The notes under the pieces: generated by a model | The model's input: the letters and a program-made list of their open reading frames with translations, nothing else | Told to the model about the DNA's origin: nothing | Databases searched by the model: none | Program-made: the position numbers and the translations under genes | Assembly (NCBI GenBank): GCA_964594835.1 | Contig: CAZQNA010000004.1 | Location: 64,001 to 128,000 of the forward strand | Source of the DNA: an uncultured Nitrososphaerota archaeon | GTDB lineage: Archaea; Korarchaeota; Korarchaeia; Korarchaeales; Korarchaeaceae | Direction: 5' to 3' | Length of the DNA: 64,000 nt | Shown here: piece after piece, positions 44,919 through 53,893 of the stretch | How positions within the stretch are numbered: position 1 is the stretch's first letter | Layout of the letters: the number at the start of each line of letters is the position of its first letter

Positions 44919-45603
44919 GGCCATAGGCTGGGTGCTGGAGGAGCCGAACTCCTTCTACCTGAGGCTGCCGTCCTGCGTGCTCCTGAACCTCGAGTCGCGC
45001 CTGGTCCTTGTGGATCCGGGGTCCACCCTGTCCCGAGAGGAGCTGGAGGCCATAGACAGGCTGGACGTCGTGGCGGTGACGCAGGACAGGAGGGATCACT
45101 ACAGCAGGGACGCGGTCGTGCACCTCGCCAGGCGAACGGACGCCGCCGTGGTGACGAACAAGGCCGTGTTCAAGGACCTCAGGAGGCTCGTCCCGGATGA
45201 GAACATCGCGAGGCTCAGGCCGGGGGAGTCGGTCGACCTGGACGGGCTGAGGATTCACGCCCTGAGGGCAGTCCACCCCGGGCTCAACCCGCTCGTCCTC
45301 CTGATCGAGACCGACGGACTGGCCGCGTTTCACGGGTCTGGATCTGCGTACTCCTCCGCGTTCAGGGCGTTCTCTCCAGTCGACATTGCGTTCGTCCCCG
45401 TTGGCGGGACCTCACCAACGGCGAGCGTGAACGACGCCATAAGGATGGCCAGGATCCTCAGCGCGACCGTCGCGGTCCCGATCAACGGGAGCGAGGGAGA
45501 GCTCACCACCTTCGTGGAGAGGGCCAGGAAGGCCCTTCCCGGAGTGAGGGTGATCCTGCCGGAGGACGGCGCAGCCTACAGGATCCGGCTACAGCCGGCC
45601 TGA
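44902..45603 (+). CDS. MBL-fold protein (UlaG/UPF0173-like) with degenerate metal-binding motif
   Basis: 'LVDP', 'VTQDRRDH' in place of THxHxDH, 'AVH', 'FHGSGS', 'DIAFVPVGG', 'VPIN'. Confidence 0.7.
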   Translation: MMRGVEAIGWVLEEPNSFYLRLPSCVLLNLESRLVLVDPGSTLSREELEAIDRLDVVAVTQDRRDHYSRDAVVHLARRTDAAVVTNKAVFKDLRRLVPDENIARLRPGESVDLDGLRIHALRAVHPGLNPLVLLIETDGLAAFHGSGSAYSSAFRAFSPVDIAFVPVGGTSPTASVNDAIRMARILSATVAVPINGSEGELTTFVERARKALPGVRVILPEDGAAYRIRLQPA

Positions 45604-46569
45604 CACGGAGTCCCAGCCGCCCTCTCTCAGCCCGATCAGCTCGCCCTCTCGCTCCAGGAACACCCCCTCTCCCGCCTCCACCCTGCCGATCCTGATGAGC
45701 CTGTACCCCCTGGAGCTGAGTTCCCGCTCGACAGAGTCGTAACTCTCCGGATCCACCGTCACGACCAGGTGAAACTCCTCGCCCCCGTAGAACACCGCCT
45801 CCACCGGGTCCACCCCACCCGCCGACGCGAGGCCGGCGAGCCGCGGGTCCAGCGGGGGTTCGTCCACGATCACCCTGACCCCGCTGGCCCTGGCAATGGA
45901 GTTCAGCGTCTTGAACAGGCCGTCGCTGCTGTCGGCCGAGGCCGTGACTCCCTCCATGGACCCGAGGAGGATCCCCTCGCCTATGGACGCCCTCGGCTCG
46001 TAGACTGCCCTTAGGGCCTCCACCCTGATGGGCTCCGGGACCTCCATGCGGCCGAGGGCCACCCGATAGCCGATCCAAGTCCAGCCGAACGTCCCCGTCA
46101 CGGCGATCAGGTCTCCCACCCTGGCGCCGGCCCGCGGTATGACCCGCCCGGCGGCCCTCCCAACCCCGACGCCCGTCAGGACTATCTCGGTAGAGGAGTC
46201 CACGTCGCCCCCCAAGAGCTGAGCCCCAACTTCCTCCAGCCCCCACTCTATCCCGCGGGCCACCTCCTCAAGATCCTCTCCACTGAACGTGCTGGGAACG
46301 CACATTGAGAGGAAGAAGTAGTCGGGCCTGGCCCCCTTGGCCGCGACGTCAGAGAAGGTCTGCACGACCACCTTCCTGGCCAGCCTGCGGAGGCCCATTC
46401 CGGGCAGGAGATCGGCGCCGCGCGTCACGGTGTCCACATTCACAACGTAGGTCCCGTCAAGCCTCACGGCAGAGGCGTCGTCTATCCCTATGGGAAGGAG
46501 GCCACCCCTGGCGGCCTGTTTGATCGATGCCAGCCTGGAGATTATCTCGCCCTCGCTCAAGCCCTCCAC
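45589..46569 (-). CDS. thiL: thiamine-monophosphate kinase
   Basis: 'E.EII', 'DDA', 'SDVAAKGARP', 'GGD', 'TGTFG', 'DSSDGL', 'GGEEFHL'; GTG at 46569 preferred. Confidence 0.9.
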   Translation of the reverse strand: MEGLSEGEIISRLASIKQAARGGLLPIGIDDASAVRLDGTYVVNVDTVTRGADLLPGMGLRRLARKVVVQTFSDVAAKGARPDYFFLSMCVPSTFSGEDLEEVARGIEWGLEEVGAQLLGGDVDSSTEIVLTGVGVGRAAGRVIPRAGARVGDLIAVTGTFGWTWIGYRVALGRMEVPEPIRVEALRAVYEPRASIGEGILLGSMEGVTASADSSDGLFKTLNSIARASGVRVIVDEPPLDPRLAGLASAGGVDPVEAVFYGGEEFHLVVTVDPESYDSVERELSSRGYRLIRIGRVEAGEGVFLEREGELIGLREGGWDSVSGRL

Positions 46570-46639
46570 AGGATCACCGCGTGCGGTAGCAGCTAAAGAT
46601 TTTGAGCACTTCGCGCGGCCGCCGCGCCGGTGTCTCGCT

Positions 46640-47977
46640 ATGGGTGAGCGGGTTCGGCGAGTCGTCATCATGGGGGCCGCCGGCAGGGACTTCCACAACT
46701 TCAACGTCTTCTTCAGGGACAATCCGGATTACAGGGTCGTCGCCTTCACCGCGGCCCAGCTCCCCGACATCTGGGGGAGGAAGTACCCGCCCGAGCTGGC
46801 CGGCAGCCTCTACCCCGACGGAATCCCGATCCTGAGGGAGGAGGACCTTCCCGAGATAGTTAGGAGGGAGAAGGTCGACCTCGTGGTGTTCTCCTACAGC
46901 GACGTGTCCCACCAGTACCTCATGGAGAGGGCGGCCATAGCCCAGGCCGCGGGCGCGGACTTCATGCTACTCGGCCCGGAGAGCACCATGCTCAAGTCGA
47001 ACAGGCCCGTCATAGCCGTGACGGCCGTCAGGACGGGCGCCGGAAAGAGCCCCACCAGCAGGAGGGTCGCCGCCATTCTGAAGGAGAGGGGGCTCCGGGT
47101 CGCGGTGATAAGGCACCCGATGCCCTACGGTGACCTGAGGAAGCAGATAGTTCAGAGGTTCGCCTCTCTGGAGGACCTCGACAGGCACGAGTGCACCATC
47201 GAGGAGAGGGAGGACTACGAGCCCCACATCAAGATGGGCAACGTCGTGTTCGCAGGGGTGGACTACGAGAAGATCCTGAGGGAGGCCGAGAAGGAGGCGG
47301 ACGTGATACTGTGGGACGGCGGCAACAACGACTTCCCGTTCTACGTCCCGGACCTCTGGATCACAGTGGCCGACCCTCTGAGGGCCGGGCACGAACTCAC
47401 CTACTGGCCGGGCTCCGTCAACGTCAGGGCCGCTGACGTGGTCATAATCAGCAAGGAGAACGTGGCCGGCGCCGACCAGATCGAGTGCGTCAGGAGCAAC
47501 GTGATGAGGGTCAACCCGGGGGCGACGGTGATCGAGGCGGCCATGCCCTTGACGGTCGACGCGCCCGAGCTGATCAAGGGGAAGAGGGTCTTGGTGGTCG
47601 AGGACGGCCCCACGGTCACCCACGGGGAGATGGGCTACGGCGCAGGCTACATGGCCGCCAGGAGATTTGGGGCTGCCGAGATAGTCGATCCAAGGCCCTA
47701 CGCCGTCGGCTCCATCAGGGAGACCTACCAGAAGTACACCCACCTGGGACCGGTGCTGCCGGCCGTCGGCTACAGCGACTGCCAGATGAGGGAGCTGGAG
47801 GAGACGATAAACAACGCCAACGCGGACTCGGTCATCCTGGGAACCCCGACGGACCTCAGCAGGTACCTCCGGATAGACAAGCCCGCGGTTCACGTGAGAT
47901 ACGAGCTTCAGGAGATCGGCAGGCCGAACCTGGAGGACGTGATCGACGAGTTCCTCTCGAGGGTGGGCCTGAGGTGA
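46640..47977 (+). CDS. COG2403 P-loop protein, cyclic 2,3-diphosphoglycerate synthetase-like; probable arginine synthetase ArcE type
   Basis: 'IMGAAGRDFHNFN', 'RTGAGKS', 'RHPMPYGDL', 'TIEEREDYEPH', 'WDGGNND', 'EDGPTVTHG'. Confidence 0.75.
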   Translation: MGERVRRVVIMGAAGRDFHNFNVFFRDNPDYRVVAFTAAQLPDIWGRKYPPELAGSLYPDGIPILREEDLPEIVRREKVDLVVFSYSDVSHQYLMERAAIAQAAGADFMLLGPESTMLKSNRPVIAVTAVRTGAGKSPTSRRVAAILKERGLRVAVIRHPMPYGDLRKQIVQRFASLEDLDRHECTIEEREDYEPHIKMGNVVFAGVDYEKILREAEKEADVILWDGGNNDFPFYVPDLWITVADPLRAGHELTYWPGSVNVRAADVVIISKENVAGADQIECVRSNVMRVNPGATVIEAAMPLTVDAPELIKGKRVLVVEDGPTVTHGEMGYGAGYMAARRFGAAEIVDPRPYAVGSIRETYQKYTHLGPVLPAVGYSDCQMRELEETINNANADSVILGTPTDLSRYLRIDKPAVHVRYELQEIGRPNLEDVIDEFLSRVGLR

Positions 47978-48756
47978 GCCGGTTGGAGGGCGAGAGGGAG
48001 CTTCGGATCTGGCGTCTCACCTGGCCGGAGTTCGCGAACCTGCTGGGGGACACGGACCTGGTCATACTCCCGGTGGGGGTCGTCGAGGCCCACGGCCCCC
48101 ACCTCCCCCTCGGCACCGACTTCATGCTCCCCGAGAGGCTGGCGCTGGACCTGGCGCCCAAGCTCAACGCGGCCGTGGCGCCGGCGATTCCGTACGGGGT
48201 TGTGGGCTCCCTCTCGGCCTATCCCGGCACCATGGGGATCTCCCAGTCGACCTTAGAGTCCCTTCTGTTCGATGTCCTCAGGGGGCTGGCGGAGAACGGC
48301 TTCGAGAGGGTGATCCTGATCAACGGGCACGGGGGGTCCGAGCACGTCGCGGCCCTCAAGTCCGCGACTAGGCGCGCGTGGAGGGAGCTGGGCGTGAGGA
48401 CCGCCGTTGTCCACTGGTGGATCTACGCCGAGGGTCTCGCCAGGGAGTCGATCGGCGGAGGCCACGCGGCGGGGGTGGAGGCCGCAGCCGTGATGGCCAC
48501 TTACCCAGAACTCGTGAAGACCCGCAGCCCGGCTGCGAGGGAGGTGTACAGGGTGCGGGAGGGAATAGAGCCCTTCCCGGCCCCCGGGTCCGTCCTCCTG
48601 TACAGGGACCAGCCTGCCGACGTCCCGGACGAGGGGGTGTCCCGCGAGTTCTACTCCAAGCTCCTGGACAGCCTGACCGCCGAGCTGGGGCGGATCCTCG
48701 GCGGTTGGGACTACCAGGAGATTCCGATCGGTGAGGGGCTTGAGGAAGAGGGCTAA
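47974..48756 (+). CDS. creatininase family amidohydrolase
   Basis: 'LPVGVVEAHGPHLPLGTD', 'NGHGG', 'GHA...E'; GTG overlaps the upstream TGA. Confidence 0.9.
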   Translation: MSRLEGERELRIWRLTWPEFANLLGDTDLVILPVGVVEAHGPHLPLGTDFMLPERLALDLAPKLNAAVAPAIPYGVVGSLSAYPGTMGISQSTLESLLFDVLRGLAENGFERVILINGHGGSEHVAALKSATRRAWRELGVRTAVVHWWIYAEGLARESIGGGHAAGVEAAAVMATYPELVKTRSPAAREVYRVREGIEPFPAPGSVLLYRDQPADVPDEGVSREFYSKLLDSLTAELGRILGGWDYQEIPIGEGLEEEG

Positions 48757-50125
48757 GATCGTCGCCACCCTCGGCCCGGCGTCGTCGAACGAGGACACCG
48801 TGGCTGCGATGATGAGGGCCGGAGCTGACGCCTTCAGGGTGAACTTCTCTCACGGGAGCGAGGAGGACTGGAGGGCCTACGCCAGATCCGTCAGGGCCGC
48901 CGAGCGGAGGCTGGGCAGATGGGCGGCGCTGATAGGGGACCTCACCGGCCCCTCCGTCAGGCTTGGCGAGATGAGCAAGCCCATCTACGTGAAGAGGGGG
49001 GAGGTCCTGGAGCTCAGGATGGCCCAGCGGTCGGACGGGGGCTTCGTCCCGGTGCCCGTGAGGGAGTTCTTCGACGGGGTGGAGGAGGGCGACGAGCTCC
49101 TCGTTGACGAGGGGAGGGTCAGGCTCAGGGTGATGGAGGTGGGCCTGGACCTGGTGAGGGCGCAGGCCGTGGTCGACGGGGTTGTGAAGCCGAAGAAGAG
49201 CCTGGCCATATTCGGGAAGGAGCTTGACATACCGACCTTCACGGAGAGGGACGCTCGCTGCGCGGAGTTCGCCGTTGAGCAGGGCTTCGACTACCTCGCC
49301 ATGAGCTTCGTGCGGTCGGGCTCAGACGTCAGGCTCCTCAGGGACTTCCTCTCCGGGAGAGGCGGGGACGACGTGAGGATCATATCGAAGATAGAGACGA
49401 GGGCCGGGGTGGAGAGGCTCGAGGACATCGCGAGGGAGTCGGATGCCATAATGGTCGCCAGGGGGGACCTGGGGAACTTCTTCCCCCTGGAGGACATCCC
49501 CGGACTTCAGAGGGAGATAATCGGGAAGTCTCTGTCCATGGGGAGGCCGGTCATCATCGCAACCCAGCTCCTGGAGAGCCTGATGTACAGCCCGGTGCCC
49601 ACGAGGAGCGAGGTGGTCGACGTCATGGTGGCCGTGCGGGAGGGCGTCGACGCCCTCATGCTGGCCGGCGAGACCGCGGCCGGGAGCTACCCGGTTGAGG
49701 CCGTGAGGTGGATGAGGAGGATCGTGGAGAGGGCCGAGCACGGGCGCCCCCCCGCCAGGGTGTCCGAGGGGGCAGAGAGCCTATACGACAGGTTTGCGAG
49801 GGGCATCGCACTGCTGGCAGAGAGCCTGGGGGCGAAAATAGCCGTATACACGAGGAGCGGGAGGACTGCGGCCAGGATATCGAGGTACAGGCCCATGACG
49901 GCCATCTACGCTGGATCCCCGAGCCAGCGCGTGGCCAGGCAGCTCTCAGTCCTGTGGGGCGTGTCTCCCATGGTCTTAGATGGTTCTTCGGGGAGAGAGG
50001 AGGCCCTGGAGGCCCTCTTATCGAGACTCCGCGAGATCCGCGAGGTGTCGTTTGGCGACATAGTCGTGGTCGCCTATGGAATCAGAGAGGGGGCAACGGA
50101 GGTAGTCAGGATAGTCCAGGTGTGA
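48731..50125 (+). CDS. pyk: pyruvate kinase
   Basis: 'KIVATLGPAS', 'RVNFSHG', 'SFV', 'KIE', 'MVARGDLG', 'ATQLLES', 'PTRSEV.DV', 'ML.GETA.G.YP'. Confidence 0.95.
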   Translation: MRGLRKRAKIVATLGPASSNEDTVAAMMRAGADAFRVNFSHGSEEDWRAYARSVRAAERRLGRWAALIGDLTGPSVRLGEMSKPIYVKRGEVLELRMAQRSDGGFVPVPVREFFDGVEEGDELLVDEGRVRLRVMEVGLDLVRAQAVVDGVVKPKKSLAIFGKELDIPTFTERDARCAEFAVEQGFDYLAMSFVRSGSDVRLLRDFLSGRGGDDVRIISKIETRAGVERLEDIARESDAIMVARGDLGNFFPLEDIPGLQREIIGKSLSMGRPVIIATQLLESLMYSPVPTRSEVVDVMVAVREGVDALMLAGETAAGSYPVEAVRWMRRIVERAEHGRPPARVSEGAESLYDRFARGIALLAESLGAKIAVYTRSGRTAARISRYRPMTAIYAGSPSQRVARQLSVLWGVSPMVLDGSSGREEALEALLSRLREIREVSFGDIVVVAYGIREGATEVVRIVQV

Positions 50126-50729
50126 TCCGCCCGAACAGGCCTCGGAGGATAATTATCCAAAACCACCGTTGTGGGGCCATCTCGAGCGTAGGATAGCTCT
50201 CCAACGGGATAAGATGGCATATATCTGTTCGTATGATTAATTTCCTTCAGCGCCTCCAGGGACGGATCGATCGGCCCGGCGGCTCTGGTTCGAGCCTCAA
50301 ACCATTAGTCGATCGACGTAATTACTCGGCCGACGGTGTTAAGGATGAGATCGGTGAGTTGGATTGAGACGACCCGAGTCGGTGACTCGACCGCCATGGG
50401 GCGCCCCTAGAGTGGGTTGAATAACTCAACCAGTTAACGGGCGATTAACGCTTTTTTGACCTTTAAATTCTCCCATATATTGGATATTAGTCTACCAAGA
50501 TGTCCGATTAAGCCTTCGCAATGTGTTCGCGCCAGAGAGCACTCGGAATCACGAGTCGATTCCGGTGTGAAGACCTGGGCCCAAGCGGCCAACCCCCTAT
50601 TTTGCAATTGACGATTAGAACTGCCTTCGGGAGCACTATCAGAAGAGCTTAAATATAGCAGTCCCTCTTACTGATCAGGCCCCGTGTGAACGGGGTCAAG
50701 GTGTGACAGGATATAGGGGGTGTATGTAT
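50126..50729. other. long, relatively AT-rich, palindrome-rich intergenic region (function unknown)
   Basis: No credible ORF; several perfect inverted repeats; AT-rich core around 50420-50510; TATA-like TTAAATA at 50649-50655. Confidence 0.6.
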
Positions 50730-50960
50730 ATGCCTCAGAGGTCTGCCAAGCACCTGCCCCTGGCTCCGGTCTACCGGATAATCAAGGAGGCCGGCGCCGA
50801 GAGGGTGAGCGACGCCGCCAAGGAGAGGCTCGCCTACTACCTCGAGAAGTTCGGGTCCGAGGTCGCCAAGTACGCGGCCGACCTCGCCCGGCACGCCAAG
50901 AGGAAGACCGTCACCGACAGGGACATCGAGCTGGCCGTGGAGGCCGTCTGGAAGAAGTAA
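50730..50960 (+). CDS. archaeal histone (HMf family)
   Basis: 'LPLAPV.RIIK.AGAERVS..A...LA..LE......A..A...A.HAKRKTV...DIELA'; T-rich terminator-like tract follows. Confidence 0.95.
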   Translation: MPQRSAKHLPLAPVYRIIKEAGAERVSDAAKERLAYYLEKFGSEVAKYAADLARHAKRKTVTDRDIELAVEAVWKK

Positions 50961-51029
50961 GCCGGCCTCCAACCCTCCTTCTCTTTTTTCTTGCCCTGGC
51001 GGGCTCCTTCAGCGAAAAGGCAGGTTGGA

Positions 51030-51425
51030 TCATCTTGGTCTACTGAGGACCCCCTCCACAAGCTCCACGATCCTCTCCGCTGCCTTCACGGCGGCCTCTG
51101 AGTCAAGGCTCGTGCATGAGCCCTCCCTTGGACCCTCCACGCTCTTCTCCAGCCTGGCCTCGCAGGCCAGCGTTATCCACTTGGACCCCTCGCAGGCCTC
51201 TCTGAGCGCCCTCTCGAACTCCTCCCCAAGCCCCCTGGAGATCCTGTCCATGTGATCGACCACGGCCCCTGTCGGCTCCAGCCCGAGCGATGCGAGGAGG
51301 CTCGTGAGTGCGACCTTGGCGGCCTCTTGAGCCTTCCTTATGGACGAGGCGCACCTCCCCTCGGCCTGCAGCCTCCTGGCCTCCTCAAGGATCCGCCTCG
51401 CCTCGTCCAACCTCAGGGGGCCCAC
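51030..51425 (-). CDS. HEPN domain protein (MNT-HEPN type), apparently solo and degenerate
   Basis: 'A...LEEA......G.......AQEAAKVAL..LL...G' and C-terminal 'EAAVKAAERIVELV'; GTG at 51425 avoids overlap with the divergent gene. Confidence 0.6.
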   Translation of the reverse strand: MGPLRLDEARRILEEARRLQAEGRCASSIRKAQEAAKVALTSLLASLGLEPTGAVVDHMDRISRGLGEEFERALREACEGSKWITLACEARLEKSVEGPREGSCTSLDSEAAVKAAERIVELVEGVLSRPR

Positions 51426-51489
51426 CTCCCGGGCGACAGGTGACGGTCTCCGTAATAAGCTCTGCACGGCCCCCCTCACGGCGCCGAGG

Positions 51490-52539
51490 ATGCCCAGGTT
51501 CCCCAACGTCTCCAAGAGGAGGCCCAGGCCCTGCGGCCTCACCATACACCCTTCGCTGGGATGCAGCCTCGGGTGCGCCTACTGCTACCTCTGGGAGATG
51601 GGCCTGATGGTGCACTCTCCCGCCCCCAACCCGCTCCCCCCGGATCGGCTGGTGCGCGACCTGAGGAGGAACCCCTACTTCGTCGAGTCCAGGATGGGCA
51701 CCTTCCTGGCGCTGGGGAGCCTCGGGGAGCCCTTTCTCACGCGAGAAATAGCCGAGAAGACTCTGCGTTACCTGGACGCCCTGAAGACCCTGGGAAACCC
51801 GCTGCAGGTCTCGACGAAGTTACCTCCACCGGCGGACCCCAGGCTGGCCGACGTCAACGTCCTAGTCACGGTCGTGGCGTGGGACTCCCACGCGCTCCTA
51901 GAGCCTGGGGCGCCGCCCCCGTGGGACAGGATCCACTCCGCTGGGGAGCTCGCGGATGTCGGAGCCGCCCCGACGCTCTTCGTGAGGCCCATCATACCGG
52001 GCGTGACGCTCAGCGAGCTGCCCGAGATCCTAGACTGCGCCAGGGACGCGGGGATAGAGTCCGTTGTGTTCGGCTCGCTCAGGGCATCTCCAGAGGTACT
52101 CAAGAGGCTCAGGAGGGCCGGAGTCGACACGTCCGAGATAGAGCGAAGGCTGGGGAGGAGGCCGGCGCCGGGGGAGCAGCTCCACGTGCCCTCCTCGGAC
52201 CTCAAGGCCCGGGCGATAGAGGAGGCGTGCAAGAGGGGCCTAATTCCGCTCGGCTCAGCCTGCTGCGCCAGCGCGCTGTCTCACGGCGTGCCCTGCTTTG
52301 ACGTCAGGTGGCTGCACAGGATGTGCACCGGCTGCCCGAACGACTGCCAGACCAAGCTGCCCAGCGAGCGGGAGGTGCAGGGCGTCCTGGAGAGCTGGGG
52401 CGTCAGAGGGAGGGTGGCCGGCGACTCGGTGGTCCTTGAGCCGGAGTCGTGGAGGGCCCTTGGGAGACCCGGGAGACACAGGCTTGAGGTGCTGACGAGG
52501 AGGATCGTCGTGAGGGGTGGCGGGCCCGGCGGGACTTGA
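51490..52539 (+). CDS. radical SAM protein (SplB/spore photoproduct lyase-like)
   Basis: 'GCSLGCAYCY' CxxxCxxC, 'GSLGEP', 'QVSTK', 'LEPGAP....R', 'RPIIPG'; extra C-terminal Cys cluster. Confidence 0.8.
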   Translation: MPRFPNVSKRRPRPCGLTIHPSLGCSLGCAYCYLWEMGLMVHSPAPNPLPPDRLVRDLRRNPYFVESRMGTFLALGSLGEPFLTREIAEKTLRYLDALKTLGNPLQVSTKLPPPADPRLADVNVLVTVVAWDSHALLEPGAPPPWDRIHSAGELADVGAAPTLFVRPIIPGVTLSELPEILDCARDAGIESVVFGSLRASPEVLKRLRRAGVDTSEIERRLGRRPAPGEQLHVPSSDLKARAIEEACKRGLIPLGSACCASALSHGVPCFDVRWLHRMCTGCPNDCQTKLPSEREVQGVLESWGVRGRVAGDSVVLEPESWRALGRPGRHRLEVLTRRIVVRGGGPGGT

Positions 52540-52596
52540 ACCCGCGACCACCGGCTCCGAAGGCCGGCGCTCTGATCCGTGCTGAGCTACGGGCCC
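52518..52596 (-). tRNA. tRNA-Arg(TCG), intron-less, CCA encoded
   Basis: Reverse complement GGGCCCGTAGCTCAG...CCGGC-CT-TCG-GA-GCCGG...GGTTCAAGTCC...GGGCCCGCCA. Confidence 0.95.
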
Positions 52597-52621
52597 CAGC
52601 CAGTGGGGGCGGGTCCAGTAT

Positions 52622-53836
52622 TTACCCTTCTCCCCTCCCCCTCACCAGCCGCCTCAGCCTCCCCCTGGCCGCGTACGCGGCAGCGCTCCCCAGGATGACG
52701 ACCAGGAGGAGGACGACGGGCCAGACCTTTCCCCTGGAGAGGAGGTTTCCAATGTAGCCGAAGAGGGCTGCCCTAGGTATCAGGGCGACCAGGTTGGCGG
52801 CGAAGAAGTGGAGGGGGTTCATGCCGGTCAATCCGGCGGCGTACGAGATAAGGTCTATCGGGCTGAAGGGGATCAGCCTGGCGATCACCACCGCCAGGGG
52901 CCCCCACCTCGCGAACCACCTGTCGACGGCGTCCAAGACCTCGCTCCTGAATGCCCTCTCGACGAACGGCCTGCCGGCCAGCCTGGCTATGTAGAAGTTG
53001 GCCATGGCCCCCAGGGCTGAGCCTATCCCGCCGACCACGCCCACAGTCCAGGCGTCCATCCCAAGGGCCCCCGCCGCCACCAGGATCGCGTCGGCGGGGA
53101 TCGGGGAGATGACTGACTGCACGACCATCGCGAGTATCAGGCCCGAGGGCCCCCACCTCCTCACCCAGGACGTCACCCTCTCGGTGAGCTGGTCGTAGTA
53201 GAGGCGCCTCTCCAGCAGCACCCTGACGCTCCCGGCGTTGGCCACCACGACCGGGACGGATATGGCCAGGGAGATCGTCGTCGGCTTGACCGTCTCCAGG
53301 GCCCTGGACGCCGCGAGGACTCCCGCCGCCGAGGCGGCCAGCGGGAGGATCGAGTCCCACCCCACGCCGGACGCGAGGGCGACGGGGATGCCAGCCGCGG
53401 AGGACACTATCAGCGCCTCCCGCAGCCTCACCCCCATGGCAGTCAGGGCGGCGACGCTGACGCCAGATCCACCGAACCCGAGCATGCTCACTCCCTGTAT
53501 TATGCCCGCCACGGCCCCCTCGACCACGCCCACCCGGGAGAACTCCGAGGTCTGGAGCAGCTCGAGCCTGGTCATCAGGGCGCCGGCGGCGGTTATGACG
53601 CCGAGCCCGAGGAGGGCGACGCCCCCCAGCACCCAGTCGGGCCTGAACCCGAGCCTCACCCAGACGAGGGTGATGGCCATTGAGGTGACGAGCGCCGAGG
53701 CCTCCGCCGGGAGGAGTTCCCCGGACAGTACCAGCCTCGGGTCGACCAGCAGGCCGGCGACGGCCTGGGATCTCTGGGTCAGCTGAGCGGTCAGAGGGAT
53801 CCACTCAAGCGCAGCGTCGATCAGTAGCCTCCACAT
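52622..53836 (-). CDS. DedA/VTT (TVP38/TMEM64) membrane protein with N-terminal TauE/SafE-like multi-TM extension
   Basis: C-terminal 'QSVISPIP', 'G..LGA...FYIAR..G', 'RLIP..P.D.ISYAAGL'; N-terminal 'GIIQG..MLGFGGSG..V..L...G' resembles a TauE repeat. Confidence 0.7.
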   Translation of the reverse strand: MWRLLIDAALEWIPLTAQLTQRSQAVAGLLVDPRLVLSGELLPAEASALVTSMAITLVWVRLGFRPDWVLGGVALLGLGVITAAGALMTRLELLQTSEFSRVGVVEGAVAGIIQGVSMLGFGGSGVSVAALTAMGVRLREALIVSSAAGIPVALASGVGWDSILPLAASAAGVLAASRALETVKPTTISLAISVPVVVANAGSVRVLLERRLYYDQLTERVTSWVRRWGPSGLILAMVVQSVISPIPADAILVAAGALGMDAWTVGVVGGIGSALGAMANFYIARLAGRPFVERAFRSEVLDAVDRWFARWGPLAVVIARLIPFSPIDLISYAAGLTGMNPLHFFAANLVALIPRAALFGYIGNLLSRGKVWPVVLLLVVILGSAAAYAARGRLRRLVRGRGEG

Positions 53837-53893
53837 TCCCGTCGCGGGAGATCGGCAACCTACTTAAGATCATGCGCGGCGGGCTCAGAGGAA

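Noticed and set aside
50126-50729. CRISPR array or canonical ORB-containing origin
   Set aside because: No regularly spaced direct repeats and no recognisable ORB consensus or cdc6; kept only as an unexplained region.
6976-52596. Direct repeat TGGCGGGCCCGG / GCTGAGCTACGGGCCC at two loci
   Set aside because: Explained by two complete tRNA-Arg isoacceptor genes, not attL/attR.
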